In this document: in pieces, positions 1-14,386 of the stretch
Numbering within the stretch: the stretch's first letter is position 1
Layout: the number at the start of each line of letters is the position of its first letter
From: Bigelowiella natans CCMP2755
Taxonomy: Eukaryota > Protista > Cercozoa
Length of the DNA: 64,000 bases
Direction of reading: 5' to 3'
Assembly: GCA_000320545.1 (NCBI GenBank)
Contig: ADNK01000517.1
Span: 1,556-65,555 of the forward strand
Notes under the pieces: generated by a model
Databases searched by the model: none
The model's input: the letters and a program-made list of their open reading frames with translations, nothing else
What the model was told of the DNA's origin: nothing
Made by a program: the position numbers and the translations under genes

Positions 1-233
1 ACAGACGTGTTCTGTGACCTTAAGTTCGCTGATGAGAAGCAGATGCGGAAAGATGAGGATGATGTCGTCGAGGCCGCCGGATTCCTTCTCAGGCGCGTGG
101 TTCCACATTTCGCCGCGCAATGCAACAAGCTGCAGCAGTCTCCTCTCGATGGCGCCCATCTCGTTCGACTGATGCACAAGAGCGGTTTCTGCTTCTAACA
201 TGCACCTCTCCTTCCCCCCTCGTGAAACTAACT

Positions 234-268
<35 letters not shown>

Positions 269-2794
269 CGTATGTATGGATGCATGTCCAATGATGATAA
301 TGATGACAGTCTCGATTAGTTTACTGTCATTCCTGATGAGAGACTTGATGTAAATATATAAATGGCTGGTAGTGAATCACAAGCATCATCGTTGTGTCAA
401 TTTACCACCGAGGCATGTTATGCTGCATACTACCAATCCTCTCCTCTCTCCTTCACAACCTTTTGACACTTCTTGCTCCCCCCCCTCTGGTTCTCTTCCC
501 TCCGTCTTCTTTCTTCTTCTTTCTTCTTCTTCTCCTTCTCTTTCTTCCTTAAAATAAAGGCATCAACGTGCGTTACCTGGGTCAGATGGCTGCGCTGGCG
601 GTGAAGCTAAACATGCCTCACATCGCGCAGCTCTGCACCTCGGAGATGATCGTGAGGGCGGCAAAGCACCTTCTGAACGGCATGTTGCGAGGGGTGAAAC
701 CCGAGTTGGGCGAGAAGCAAGAATCATGGTTCCTGGGCCCATGCATCGCTCGCTTCCTCAACTCCTTCCTCGGAGCTCACTGCTGCGGGATAGGGCTGAG
801 CGAAGACCAGCTTGCATCCGCCGGCAAGGTGCTTGACCGCCTGGAGAAGGAGCATGGGGGCAAGGACATAATGGCGAGTCGCTATTTCAAGAAGACGCTT
901 CCGAGGGGCCGGAAGGGCAAGCACGGGGGGTCGCGGAAGAAGAACAGCAACAACGGTGAGGCGCCCATCAAGCTCGCCAACGGCAAGCGAGCGCCTACGG
1001 ACCCCCTCTCCCCCGCGAACCTGTGGGTGTCAATCCTGAGACTGGTGCAGAAGAAGTACAACTGCAAGCTGCCCCCCTTCCAGAAGGCCGTCTCGAGCAG
1101 ACGGAAGCTGTGCATGCTCAGAGGGCTCTGCAAGAAGGTCGGAATACAGCTTGCCTGCAGGAACTACCGATTCTCCTCCTCAGCCGCCGCCCCCTCGTTC
1201 AAGGTTGAGGACGTGTTGGACCTTGTGCCGGTGGTCAAGACCATAGAGCTGGAGTCGAAGGATGCCGCCGAGTGCCTCAAGCAAGCCAAGATGTTTCTCA
1301 GCATCAACCACCTCCACCACGCCTACGCCAAGCTCTCCGACGCCCAGGTGGTATACCTCGTCGGGCGATTAGTGACCATGTTTCCAAAACTCAAAATTCT
1401 GTAGTATTATCATTCATCATCCTGAGCATAATCATTATCATCGTTCTTATAATTATCATTATTACGTCTACTGCTGCTGCTACTGCTACTACTACTACTA
1501 CTACTACTACTACAACTACTACAACACTGTTATTGCCCGAGTATCAAAACTATCTTACGCCTAATTTCGTACATTCTGAATTAATACAGAACATTCTGCA
1601 CCAAACGTATGGTCCAATGCACTCCCAGACGGGCCATTGCTATGCGCTGTTGGCGCTTGTCTGTTACAGGGCACAAGATGTGAGTAGCAGCATTTGCAGC
1701 AGTAGTAGGAAGAGAAAGGGGGAGGAGGAGGAGGAGGAGGAAAAGGAGTAGTAGTAGTGGTAGTAGGAAGTAATATATATATGTACTTACACATATGTAT
1801 TCATAAATGTATAACATCCATATACAATCTCTATCATTTCCCCAACAACAGATACCGCAAGCCGTCGAGATGCAGCAGAAGGCCCTCTTGGTGTTTGAGC
1901 GCACGCTCGGCCTTGACCATAGCGAGACGGCCTACGCGCACAGCACGATGGCGCTGTTCCTGCACTCCATGGGGCAGCCTCAGGTGGCGCTGCGCCACAT
2001 CAAGCGCTCCCTATTCCTCCTCGAGCTCATCTGTGGTCCCTACCACCCCGACGTCGCGGCCGCGCACATCAACATCGCCATGATCTACCAGGACTCCAAG
2101 CAGGTTGGCCGCGGGCTGAAGCACCTCCGGAGGGCCAAGGAGGTATTCACGACTGTGTTTGGCGACAAGCACTTCCAGATCGGCCTCTGCGACCACACGA
2201 TTGCCGTTGCTCACAGCTTGATGGGGAACTTCAGAGAGGTAGGAGGGGGAAGAGGGGGAGGGGGAGGGGGAGGAGGAGGAGGAGGAGGAGGAGGAGGAGG
2301 AGGAGGCTTGGGGGGCAGTGATAGTAGAAATAGTAGTCGTAGTAGTAGTAGTAGTAGTAGTAATAATAGGGGTTAATGCTGAAACTGATCAAAGGGCTCC
2401 TATTAATAATCAGATATTGGGTGACTACTAGTCGCTGTCAATATCATTTTCGAACTCCTCCACGGCCTAATCCCCATTCCCCCCCCCCCCCCCCCCCATG
2501 CCTACATAATCACTAAATGCTGCTGCTGCTGCTGCTACTCCTGCAGGCAATTAAGTTCGAGAAGAGTGCAAAGTCCATCTATAGCGACAACGGCCGTTAC
2601 GAAAAGCAGGCACAGGAATCAAAGTTGTGGCTCAGCTGGTTCACTAAGCAAGCCGTTGAGGTAGCAGCAGCAGCAGCAGCATAAGTAGTAGTAGGAGTAG
2701 CAGTAGTAGGAGTAGTAGTAATAGTAGTAGTAAAAATCCCATCGAAGAAAGGATTCTAACTTTAGCTTGTGAGTGAATCACCAGTTCCCTCTAC

Positions 2795-2837
<43 letters not shown>

Positions 2838-3558
2838 TCATCATCATAATCATCGCTAATCAAATGTATCTTGTCTCTCCTCCACGACAACAACAACATC
2901 AACAACAATCAGGTGGAGAAGGGGCTGAGCAAGAAGGGAGGACTTATCCCTGTGCATCCTAACCTTTCGCCTTTCGTCTGGGTGTCTTTGCAGAAGATCG
3001 TGCCGTCTCGCATCGTCTCCCCGGCTGAAACGGTCTGTAGGATGATGCAGGATTCATCGCCGTCACGCCTTTCCCTCTCCAAAATAACAATGATGATATG
3101 ATACCCTATTCACCCTAAAGAGCATATTGATTTATGTCTGTGCGTCTCTGTGTGTGAGGGAGGGTGGGGGTGGCTCTGTGTGCGCGTGTGGATGCGAGCG
3201 TTCATCCAAAACTTATTCTTGCTTCTGCTCTCTCTGAAATACCATTAATACAATCCAATAGATTCAGCTATATCGTCGTAGTGTCGCAATGAGGCAGCAG
3301 CAGCAGCAACAACAACAAAATGCTGCAGCAGCAGCAGCAGCAGCAATATCTTCATCAACTAGGGTAAATGGCGGCGGTGGTAGCAGCACAGGAGGAGGAG
3401 GAGGAGGAGGCAACCAAACATCAACGGCACAAACAGAGCCCTTGTCCAAATCCCAGAAGAGGAAGCTGAAACGCAAGCTGCAGAAACAACGCCAGAAAGC
3501 TGAGAAAGAAGCAGCTGCAAAGAGGTCCCAACAGCAGCAGCAGCAGCAACAGCAGTAG
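1..3558 (+). CDS. CLU1: Clustered mitochondria protein (CLU/TIF31/Clueless), 5' end outside window, multi-exon
   Basis: Exon 1 spliced to exon 2 (GT at 185, AG at 558-559) gives SPLDGAHLVRLMHKSGINVRYLG...EMIVRAAKH, then LRGLCKKVGIQL and DVLDLVPVVK. TPR region follows (YGPMHSQTGHCY, QQKALLVFERTLGLDHSET, GPYHPDVAAAHINIAMIYQ). Poly-Q/A/G tail ends TAG at 3558. Confidence 0.9.
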
Positions 3559-4163
3559 GGGAGCAGCAACGTTAAAAGAGACTAAACCCCGACATGATGA
3601 TACATGAAGCGGACAGCCGACGATGACACAACAAACCATACGTACTGAAGAGGCTGCATCACAGAGTATACGTGTGTACTGACGTGGACAATTATCATCA
3701 CTATCTATATCACCACCATCATTGTCGTCTATCCCGGGTTGTATCGTATCCGATCCGACAGCAACGAATACCAAGCCACGCACTATTGCCTACTACACGC
3801 TTACTGCAGTGGACAACCGAGCGCGTTCTCTTCACGCTGGACCAAGTTTACAATGTACATGCTTTACATATATTTATGCAATGTATACTGTGTCTACGAT
3901 CATGACGAAGGCGAAATAAATCAATCTATATATTAACTGCACCAATGCATACATGTAGAAGTGCGAATGCACTAATAACAAGCCTATCTAACATACCTGT
4001 GTTATGTTGTGAATCGCAACCCTTAATCTGTTTAAGCACTTATTGTGACATGTTATTCATCATGGTTATTAGAATAATGTCAATCTAGCAATCTTGCATG
4101 CGTAGCAGATCGAGCGCATATACGCATCGTATATATCGTAAAGATCAAACAAGTACAATTTAA

Positions 4164-4410
4164 GCGCTGTAGCCGCGGCTTACACAGCTAAATTACAGAT
4201 TAGGACGACAAGTGAATAAGCTTAACTCATTCATTATTACACCCGTCTCATAGATCATATAGCTTTCTTGTAGCTAGAAGGATTCGAAGCGCCTGTCGTA
4301 GCACGTGCTGCTCGCATGCTAGTAGCATGCATGGCCATGGCGTACAATAAGTGAGACGGATAGATGCGTAATAATGAAATGATTGCATTTTTCAATTGTC
4401 ATCCTATAGC
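4164..4410. mobile_element. Degenerate foldback/MITE-like element with ~55-bp imperfect inverted arms
   Basis: Left arm TAGGACGACAAGTGAA...TTCATTATTACACCCGTCTCA (4201-4250). Right arm 4351-4406 reverse-complements to TAGGATGACAATTGAAAAATGCAATCATTTCATTATTACGCATCTATCCGTCTCAC. Homologous copies occur at 44090-44440. Confidence 0.65.
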
Positions 4411-4986
4411 ATGTACGACAATAGCAGAAGTCATGAAGAGCGGTGGCCATAGCTCTTATCTAGCTTATGTGCTGTTCATTCATTTCTGCAGTGGCATGCT
4501 GCATCTAGCTAGCATGCATCATCATAGTACGTATCGTAGCGTAGCACGCGGGGTTGACATATGGCTCATTTGTATCTTACTGTGTTCGCGTGTGTGTGCG
4601 TGTACATATGTGTTGTTTAGACATCTTTATGCGGCGCGATGAAATATACATATGTGGCCATGAACGACATATGCGATGCGTATTGTAGCTATGCATGCTG
4701 CATATTAGCGATGGTGGTACTGCCGCGTGAATAACAAGAATATAGTTCTACATGTTCGATTTCTGAAATGATAATGAGCTATAAAAGTGACGGATGGTAA
4801 TGCAGCGTGAAATTTTTATAAATTTGGTCCTGTAATAGCGATAGCCTAGAATCTTTGCCTCGGTGAAATCAAATTTCATGTTTGAGTTTTGAAACGCCTA
4901 CATTAAAGGCGGTTGATCGCAGTCTAATTGGGTCGATTGCACCTCGTTAAAGTAATACTTTAGACATCACTTTGACAGATCCATCC

Positions 4987-6267
4987 TTACATTTTTTTGT
5001 TTCCAATAAGCGCTTCTTGCTCGTCATCTTCCTCCCCATCCAAAAGTCGTTCTTTTTCAGTGGCTCTTTCAACGTCGACGACGGAAAGCTTTGCCTTCTC
5101 GGCGAGTTGCTCCTTCATGGTAAAGTAGGAGTTACCAGAGAAGGCAATCATAGCAATGATAATTCCGGCAATGCTGAGAGGAGAGGCTTTCTGAGGGAAA
5201 ATGAAGAAACTTGTGAGAATGGCAAGAGCACATCGTAGTCCTCCAGTCACGCCGTAGTACACCGAGGAAGTCATCTTGATGAAAATAGTGGTGAAGAGAT
5301 TATAAGTGAAAGCGAAGGTACCGCCAGCGATGATCAATCCTGCAATCACTCCAAAACCTTCTCTTTCGATCGACTGGCCAATAACAGCGAACTCTCCCAT
5401 TCCGTAAGACCAAGGAAGCAGCACCACAATAGATGGAAGTGTTGCGTAGAGGAGAACATCGAAGACATGGAGTCTCACGGAAGCATCACCCATCATCAAG
5501 GCAGTCATCACAATACCAAGAGCTTGCCCAAGGACCGAACCTCCGCAAATAAGAAATCCGAGGAAATCAAAATCGGGAGAAGTTGCTACACCCATTACAA
5601 CTCCTCCAACCAGAGCAGAAAGAGTGAGAAGCTTTGGCAAGCTTTGCGTCCTGCCTTCGATAAGGTATGCGGTCACGCCGATAGCCACTGGAGAGAAAGA
5701 TCGGATGAGCTGGTTGAGTGCCAGGGTCGTGAACTGCAGGGAGAGATTGTTCATCCCAATGTTCATTACTGAACAAGAAGAATCAAATAAGAAGTAGGAA
5801 TTAGTAGGAATGTGGCATTACACAAAATGAATCAACAGGAGCCAAAGCAAACAATAGATTTAGGTAGTCTCTAGTTCAGGAAACAGACCGAACGCAAGAG
5901 GGATCAGCATAATCTTGGTCACGGTCGCTCCGCTTGTGATTGGAGTTCTTGTGTAGAAGCTTGGTGGAGAAACCTGCCACAGCATGAATGCCCCAAGGAA
6001 ACAGAAGATCTGATGGGTTGCCGTGACGAAAATAGGAGCCTTCAATGGTCCCGAGAAAACGTACTTGTTGAATACGGAAAATCCCACTGTTGAAACAAGG
6101 ATATAGTGAGATTGAGGCAAAATTCAAATGAATATACGTGAAAAACTCTACGCACCAGACTCTCCACAGCAAATCAATAAGAGAGTGAAGACCAGTACAG
6201 CGTATAGGAAACCGGACATCTCCTTCCGCGCTACTGCGCCTTGAGAGTTTTTATTTTGACTCGGCAT
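4987..6267 (-). CDS. Triose-phosphate/nucleotide-sugar transporter family (DMT superfamily), about 3 exons
   Basis: FSVFNKYVF, PIFVTATHQIFCF, NIGMNNLSLQFTTLALNQLIRSFSP, FAFTYNL, MTSSVYYGVTG; about 10 hydrophobic segments; ATG at 6267. Confidence 0.85.
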
Positions 6268-7152
6268 GGTGGGAGTAGGTGAGGGGTGAGGTGCACGGGG
6301 TGATCAGGGATGGTAAAGGTAATGTTCGCGACTTGGTCATCAAGTCGTAACACTGTCGAATGACATGAAAAGGTCTGCATTTTCTAAATAAGACATTTTA
6401 ACTCTCTCAGACTTTGGGGCTCGTCGTTTACGCAGCAGAACAGAAATTACTATCCAAATGCCACCCTATTTTTTTTAATATGAGGCACATTATGATGTCG
6501 TATATAATATTTTAAGAAAAACAACGACGGAGAGAATTATTTTTTGATCCAAAAATAGAACTACGTCGCGATCAAAAACCAACATCTAGGTCTACGTCTG
6601 ACGTTACGTTTTGCGTATTCGTTGGCTGCAGGAATATTTATTAATGGAGGAAGTTTAGGCATATTCACCTTAAATATTCCGATTTTCATGTGATTTTATC
6701 AAACTGTCGCTACTGTCGGAACAATGTACAAATTCGAGGGAGTTGGCCACAAAATTCATCGTTATTAAGGGAGAAACCTGAATAATGCAGTGCGTCAATA
6801 CGACAATGTCAATTCCCCAGCAGAAAGTCTAGATAACCGGGATCCCACTCGAATGCCGGGGGATATTGCGATTCGGTCATCAGAAGGGCTAGCACCCGAT
6901 GGCGAACGTCGTTGGTGTTGGCAAGGATGCAATAGCACAATCAGCATGCACCTGGCAGGGTTTAGAACAAAATATAGTGAAGAAGATATCGTTTTAGTTG
7001 TTCTGATTTTCTTGGCCTTCTGTTCTCTCCTACCGATCCAACAGGTGAATATTGTTCGCCATTTTTCGTACCCGCTGCAGCTGCTGTAGTGGGAATGGCA
7101 GCTCTCTCGACTCTCTACCTAATACCGATAACTACAAGCCTACTTCCGGTTC

Positions 7153-8130
7153 ATGTTTTCATCAACTTCCGTTTATCGTGTTAAATTTAAATCTGTTGGT
7201 GCATTGTCTAAAACTTCTGCAGGAGATCTTCGTCAACTTTATCATAACCCCACTTTTTGGGAAAACAAAGCTTCTCTCTGGTTCGATCTTTCGCTTACCC
7301 GATTTATCACCTCTTATGGCTCACTAACGTTTGCTTTATCAGTCATATTCTGGGCAGCATGGTCCGCACATTTTGCGGAATCTATCTATGCTCTGTAAGA
7401 AATACACGGTATATTTGCGTTGAACTAAGTGTACCTCCTCAACAGGATTATGCTACATAGAGCTGGGATCGGGACAATAGCTCACAGAATATCATGGTGG
7501 CTAGCTACATTTATACTCGGGTAATGAAGTTAAATAACACAGACACTAGAATCTGGCTGATAGCATCCTCCTTAACACTTGAACACATCGAACGTGATTT
7601 CACATTAGATATCCAAGCCTCGGGAAACTAATTTATTGCCTGAAACAAAGAGACAAAAATCTGAGCAGAAAATATAAGTAGTATTATAGCAGAGCGCAAG
7701 TTACACATCGAGAGCATCATTTCGCATCTGCACTTCAGACAAGGTTAAATGAATAAGGAGCTTCGCGATTAGAACATTTTGGATAGGATGCATACTGCAT
7801 AAGAGTTATGATATTCTGAAATCAATTTGAAACATAGCAAAAATAGCTTCTTTCTGGGACTCCATGGCATTGGGAGACGTAAAAAAATATTTACACGTAC
7901 TGCATTGACATGATTCATGTTCCTCTTAATAGATACAGCATGCAGCAGGGATTGTTTGTCCAGCTACACATTGAGTATGTTTATATATTCATGTATATGT
8001 GCATAAAACATATACCATGTATGTGCTCATACTCCGCTAGCGGCATTGGGCATTTTGGTTTCAACACTGTCTTTGGAGAATTCGTCTATCAGCTTGTTTA
8101 GACAACAACGTACGAAATAGAAGATGTCTG
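7153..8130 (+). CDS. Possible TMEM254/DUF4499-like small membrane protein (fragmentary or pseudogene)
   Basis: VIFWAAWSAHFAESIYAL resembles the TMEM254 AWxxHxxESxYA motif. GT donor at 7395 can splice in frame to YSMQQGL (~7933). The rest does not assemble cleanly. Confidence 0.3.
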
Positions 8131-8224
8131 ACCTGGAGTTCGTTCCGTTGCATTGCATTGCATCAAACTCATGGACACACATGCCATGCACATGTCATGA
8201 CATGTGTGTGTATGTGTGTGTGTA

Positions 8225-8280
<56 letters not shown>

Positions 8281-8779
8281 CGCATAGCTAGATAGCAAAC
8301 TACGTACACATTTGCGCACAAATGTTTGCCAGCACAAGGCTGTCATGCGTGCAAAGTGCACCTTGCTAGCTTGCTCTATAGAGCTCACTGGCGCAACATT
8401 TTTTTAGAGGCTTTTGACCACTACGATTTGTGCCAAAAAGCGCATGAAACTCCTAAATTAAGGAAGCGATGCACATGCACCTGCGTGCACGAAAGTCTGG
8501 TCCATCAATCTGCCAGTCATGCTGCTACTTGTCTTGCAATGCAACGTTTTGTAGCATGTGAGGAGATACTATGTCAGATGGCTTGTACATGGTCTTGATG
8601 AAAGCAAAATTGCTTGAAAAGCAACAAGCTTTCAGAAAGCTCTGTGTGCTACACTGGACAATGTGCAAGGATCGAGGCAAACATTGCATGCACATGCTGC
8701 AATGCAACATGCCTTATACACACATTCATGGTACCTACGCGTGTTTGTAGATAGACCAGCAGGTTTCTCTTGCACATGT

Positions 8780-11710
8780 CTAACTTATTAGATTGGATTG
8801 TTTTCCTACTTTTGGTACACTCTTCTTCCACATTTCCAGGTTTTCATCAGCATGTCTTGGACTGGAATTACCCTTGGCTCTATTCGTGTGCGATATCGGT
8901 GTCAATGGCCTCATATTCGGGTACTTTGTCTGATTTCCTTTACTATCAATTGCCTCATTTGATCTTATTCTTTCATAATCCTACGACACATATTTGTAAC
9001 AATAAGTATATGTAATTCTACTGTTCTGATTGTATTTACTTCTTCTGCCTGGGGATTTGTATCGAATTCTTTAATTAGAACAGTAACGATTTTGTGCTGG
9101 GACTTCAGATCACGAAGAATTGACTGCATTAAAAGTAGAGGAAGTTGGGGAGAATATGATACTGCTTCATGCTTCAGGTTGTATCTCCCCTTTAAGTTAA
9201 GAAAAATAGATATACTCGAATCTAGGTGAGAAAAGAAATATAATACATTTGGGGTTTCGTCCGTGCTTCGAAGGATATTCGGGGCAAAAACGATGGCAAG
9301 ATTTTTTTCGGTCCTACAAACCAAACCAAGATTACAAACTTCATCAAATTATCGAAAGAACTTACATTTTATTCAGCTCGGAGCTGCTCGCAATTTCTTT
9401 TAAAAGAGCAAACAAAAGTCGAAAAGTTCTCCAATGAAGCTGAAAAACATAAATTAGTAATACCCTATTTTAAATGCAATAAAATACGCACCTCAGGCAG
9501 ATGTGAGATTACGTACTCGAAGATCTTTTCCGTGGAGTTCGTCCTCTCCAGCAATATAAGTTTGTTATACCTTTATGGGCAATAGGCACACATCGTTTCA
9601 CATTTATTATATATTTTTGCGACGGCAAACGAAAATGTTGACATCTTTGAGGGAATCAATGGATCAGAGAGATTTCGCAAAAATTTCTTCAAGATGCCTA
9701 AATTTTAATTGACTGTGAGATGTCACGATTTTTGCATCTGTTAAGATACACACCTGCGACGACATGAATATCCACAGAATCCCAGTTTATTTCCTTGTTA
9801 GAATCGATTTGCCTTGCTATTCTGATAATATCATTTTGAAATAAAAAACTTAGGAAGAAAATGTAGTTTTTACTCTCGTAGTTCTTCAGCATTTCCACTT
9901 TTTCGAAATATTCCTTCAACTTGAATTCCCCTACGCCTATCCGAAGCTATAGTTATGAACAATAATGATTTGTTGAGATTTTGCTTGATCTATACCATAA
10001 TGTATCAAGTGTCTGGATGACAATTCGAGGGACTCCTACGCTCGAGCTTCCATCTAAAGGAAAATGCATACTCATATATTATTTAACATCAGGAAGAATA
10101 TCCGAGCTACCTTCCTGCCTAATAAGATCTTCTAACCCCCGCCGGAACACAACAGAAGATTTTCGACGTACACCTTGTGTCCATTCCGGGCTGTCAGGAT
10201 GTGAATATTAGACGAATGTTAACGAGGTTTAACTTTCTCTCGAAATATGGGACTTGAAACGGAACTTTTCATTATTTTTTAAAACGTTTAAAGAAGAGAC
10301 TATGACCTTTCCTTTAAACTTGTCTGTCTTCTGTCTTTTCTTTTCCTTTTAGAAAAGAATCATATGAATTGTATATCATTGAATTTTGGACATTGTATTA
10401 ACTTACTTTCGGAAAAATCGTATCGCCCAAGTGATGAATTTTCTGACATTCTTTATCGGTGAAAATTTTTTCATCTTGATTCTTACAAGTGATTTATTCT
10501 TCGTTCGATTCCTGTTGGATAGTTTCTTCCTCGGCACAGCCATACTCTGGGTGACATTCACCATCGATATTCTCGGAGATTGTGTACGAGAAGCTGGAGC
10601 ACTTGCAGCAAGTCTCAGAGTAGGGGGTTCATGAACTTTAACTTCCATATTGGCAGACTTCATTCTACTTTGTAGAGCACTCTTATACGATTTTAATCTA
10701 GTCATGAGGGAATCAACCTATGATGGTAATATTGTATCTCCGTGCAAGGTTGCTTGACCAAATTATAGCACGTTCACTCGTTCACTGACCTTTCTGATGT
10801 ATGTTTCCGTAATGTTAAGTTCATTGGAGAGCCATTCTCGTTCTAGATTCTAAATTTGTATTTCCAAGGAAAACAATAAATAGGAATGTACCAAAGGTAA
10901 TTAATTATACTCATAAATATATTTGCTTGGGAGTATACCGTGGAGGATGTTACTTTGTCAGATTTAGACTGGAGTTTACGAATCCAGCTGTCATTTGGGC
11001 TATTTCAAGCATCAAGCATAAATTAATTAGGGAATGCACGGCTCATGGAAGTCGAGAGAAACCTCCATTCTGTTGAAACGTCTGTGTTATCGGCATTTAC
11101 TCTCTGAAAGGAAGATTTATGTAAATCAAATCAGTATGTAATGATCAAGTATTACCTTTTTCTTTTCTCTGTAGTCGCTGAACATTATCCCTTCTCGCCC
11201 TCGCCCAAGAGTCAGTGTGACGACAGATATTGTATTTTCACTTGACCTACCGTGTTCCGAAGGCACTTGAACATCTGTTTCAACGCAGAGGCTGTCACGG
11301 GGCTGTAGTTTTCTTATGTCTTGACTCCTCGATTTGTTCCTCCTCGGTATTGGTGGCCTCTTTGCTTGTTTCAATGATGAGGAGGTCATTTTCAACTTAG
11401 ATGATGGAGATCTTGGAGGTGGGGGTGGAGGAACATGCTTTCCATCACTATCAACCGATTCAATCTTGCGGCTATGTTTGAAGTCACGTGGTAAAGTTTT
11501 ACTTATATATGGTGTGTTGAATTTTGCAGAGGGTTGCGAGTAAGATAAAGTCGATGGCGGGGTCTTTGCTCTATCTTTTTTTGGCAATAATTTTGTCTGG
11601 TTCTTTCTTCGAGGTGGGGGTGGGGGAATGTGATCAGATGAATGACTTGTAGATTCTTCTCGCTCTTGTGGCATTTCTCTTGGTTTTGGATCAGCAGGAT
11701 CCACCGCCAT
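8780..11710 (-). CDS. RhoGAP-domain protein with Pro-rich N-terminus, multi-exon (true start probably further upstream)
   Basis: GVPRIVIQTL, INWDSVDIHVVAG..ILKKFLRNLSDPLIP, ELNKM..TEKNLAIVFAPNILR are RhoGAP hallmarks. Last exon ends TAG at 8780. Confidence 0.85.
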
Positions 11711-12951
11711 CTTTGGTGCTACCTATGTTGCTATATGTCACCGATATTCTTTTTCGCTAAAATTTACGGTACATGGGCAACTATGGTGAAATGAGAGACA
11801 AGGTAGTTAGTGAGCTGGTTTCATTCTATTCATGATAAATCGACTTTTCGAGTGAGGCTTTCTACCATCGGTGCAACCAAATGTTCCCCCCTCTTATCTT
11901 TCCCGCGTTTCTAACTTGTTATTTTGATCTAACCATGCGGATTCCCTCTTGTTCGCTACTTGATCGTGACTAGCACCACTAATTTTCAAATTAACATCTC
12001 TGTTTCGAGAAAAACTGTAAGCTAATCTTTACCTAAAACAAATGTGAGATGCTGTCGTACGTAAAAATTGATGTGCATCTAGGCAACTGCGCAAACAACT
12101 ACAGCTCGTGCGACTTTGAAATTTCCATAGATTTTGTCGTTTGTGCTATTCTTCACCCACCATCTTCAGCAAATGAATCAAATGAATGGAAATTCATCTA
12201 AGCGACACGGGTAAAAATTGAAATACGTTTCTTGAGTCCGTTGGCACGTTGGCACAATACCGGTATTCCGCCATGGTCACTTCGAAAGATCTGAGCTGTT
12301 TCCAAGCTACGTCATGCATTCACTTGCTGTCTAGAAAATTGCATTTTTTTTCCTCTGATGTCATCAAAGAAGAGCAAGAATTCAAGGAGTTTGTCTGTCA
12401 TTGTTTGCTGGCGTATCATCTGTCATTTTTGACTTGCTGCTTTGTCAAACAAGACACACAGAAGGATGCTCTGCCATCAAGTTCATGTGAACAATGTTTC
12501 CATTCTCCTCATTTCATCTGATGAATTGACTTTGCAATCAATTTTAGCCTTGTTTCATCAGCCACTTCGTGAAGAGGAAACTCGAATTACGTCTTAAGAA
12601 AAAGACGAGCTCGACGAACATCAAGCCACTCATCAAAAAAGTTCCCGCGCTCGTCGCATGAAAAGTATTTTGCAAGCGCGAACAAATGTCACAAGATGTG
12701 CGCCGTGAGCGCAAAATTGGAGGAAAAGGGCTCCTTATCAGCTTACTCGGCTCCTGGGAACACCTAGAAGTCCCGCAAGTGTCGTTCCAAATGAGAGTAA
12801 TTGAGGAGAGCTGAATGCAAAGACATCAGCAAGATCAAGACGTATGACAGGTTAGAGCAATAACGAGGGTCTGAAAAGGACTATAGTGCTCGCTGGAAGA
12901 GGCGTCAATATCCAGCAAGCCACCAATATCCAGCAAGCCACCATTGTCACT

Positions 12952-14386
12952 ATGATGTTCGACCGCAAATATTTCAGTGTAGATTGTGAATCCCGTGAAT
13001 GCTCATCCCCAGGATCAGACCCAGCACACCTTAAAATGTTTGAACAGCCTGAGACATCCAGGATGTTCAAAGAAGGACTACTAACGGGCAACTTTGAGCA
13101 ATCCTATTTACCACATCACAACCGTTTTGGAAACCTGACGAATGAAGTACATAAAGGGTACCATAGTTGTCAGATTCAGCAGCAACAGCTCCTAGAAGCA
13201 AGACGGAAGAGGCATACGTTTGATTTTGTTTCAAGTTCTAGTGCTTGTGGAAGTCAACAATCGAGGATTATTTCTAAAGCAAATCGTATGAATCAATTAA
13301 GAATGAAGAAGTTTCAGGTGCAAATCCCTACAGTATATAGTCGGTTGGGCAGTCAGGAAGAACAGAAAAATTGGGAAGTAGCAGACCTTCTGCATCCCAG
13401 CCATAAGCTTCAAAATGTTTCAATTAGACACTGGCCACAAAAGCTCAATTCCGAGTCCCATAACTTTCCAGCTGTCATATATGGAGCGGTTGACACAGTG
13501 CCTGTACTGGGAAAAAGTAGTTTGAGGCACACTATCATTGATCAACAGTATAATTTCGATCCAAGCACACAAATGAGAACCAATTATAACGGATCCGCTT
13601 ATAGAAAACCAGTGAACACTTTAGGCCTGAGAGTAATTGAGGGTACCATCAGGGCTGAAAATGTTAATCATAATTTCAAACGGCGAAAAAATTCATCTCA
13701 CCCCAAGCGTTTCTCACCTCTTGAACGAAATGGAGGTGTAAATATCGAAATAGTCAGACACCTTGATACCACCCCTGACACAAAAAATTTGGGTTTCTGG
13801 CAACGCCAGTCGGTATCAGAATTTCAAACGGCTTCTCCTGAGGAACAAAAAGGCTACATAAATTCCTCAGAAAACGTTCTTAAACGTACATCATTGCGTC
13901 GTCAACGTTCCTCGCCTGCAAAACTGTCGAAGTCTCCTCATGAAGGATCGAAAAGAAGAAGATTATTTCACAAACATTCTTCAAGCCTTCTTGTTTCATC
14001 TCTACATTCACATGTCTCTGTTTCGACAGTCCCAAAAAGAGAGACCACAAAAAAAAGGTTTCCATGTCCGGAATGCGGAAAACTATTTGCTAGACGATAT
14101 TACGTGAACCAACACATGAGAATTCACAGAAATTATTATCCATTTCAATGCAGCTACTGTGTGCGCAAATTCAAGCACCAGTCAAATCTCATCGCGCATG
14201 AACAGGTGAATTAAATTGACGACAAAACCATCCAATCATCGATCATTAAATGTGGGAATCTATCTACTTGCATGATCTCAGGGACACACGAAACTGTACA
14301 GATTCAAGTGCTCACATTGTCCCTCTGGTTATCCACGACGAGACAGGCTGGTTCGTCATTTGAAAAACAAACATGGTTGCAAATGA
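12952..14386 (+). CDS. C2H2 zinc-finger protein (3 C-terminal fingers), 2 exons
   Basis: CPECGKLFARRYYVNQHMRIH and CSYCVRKFKHQSNLIAHEQ, then intron ~14206-14281, then GHTKLYRFKCSHCPSGYPRRDRLVRHLKNKH. TGA at 14384-14386. Confidence 0.85.

Noticed and set aside
6560-6610. TACGTC as a shared promoter motif (also ~12588, 23159, 31435)
   Set aside because: The hexamer also occurs repeatedly in introns and exons, so no enrichment can be shown.
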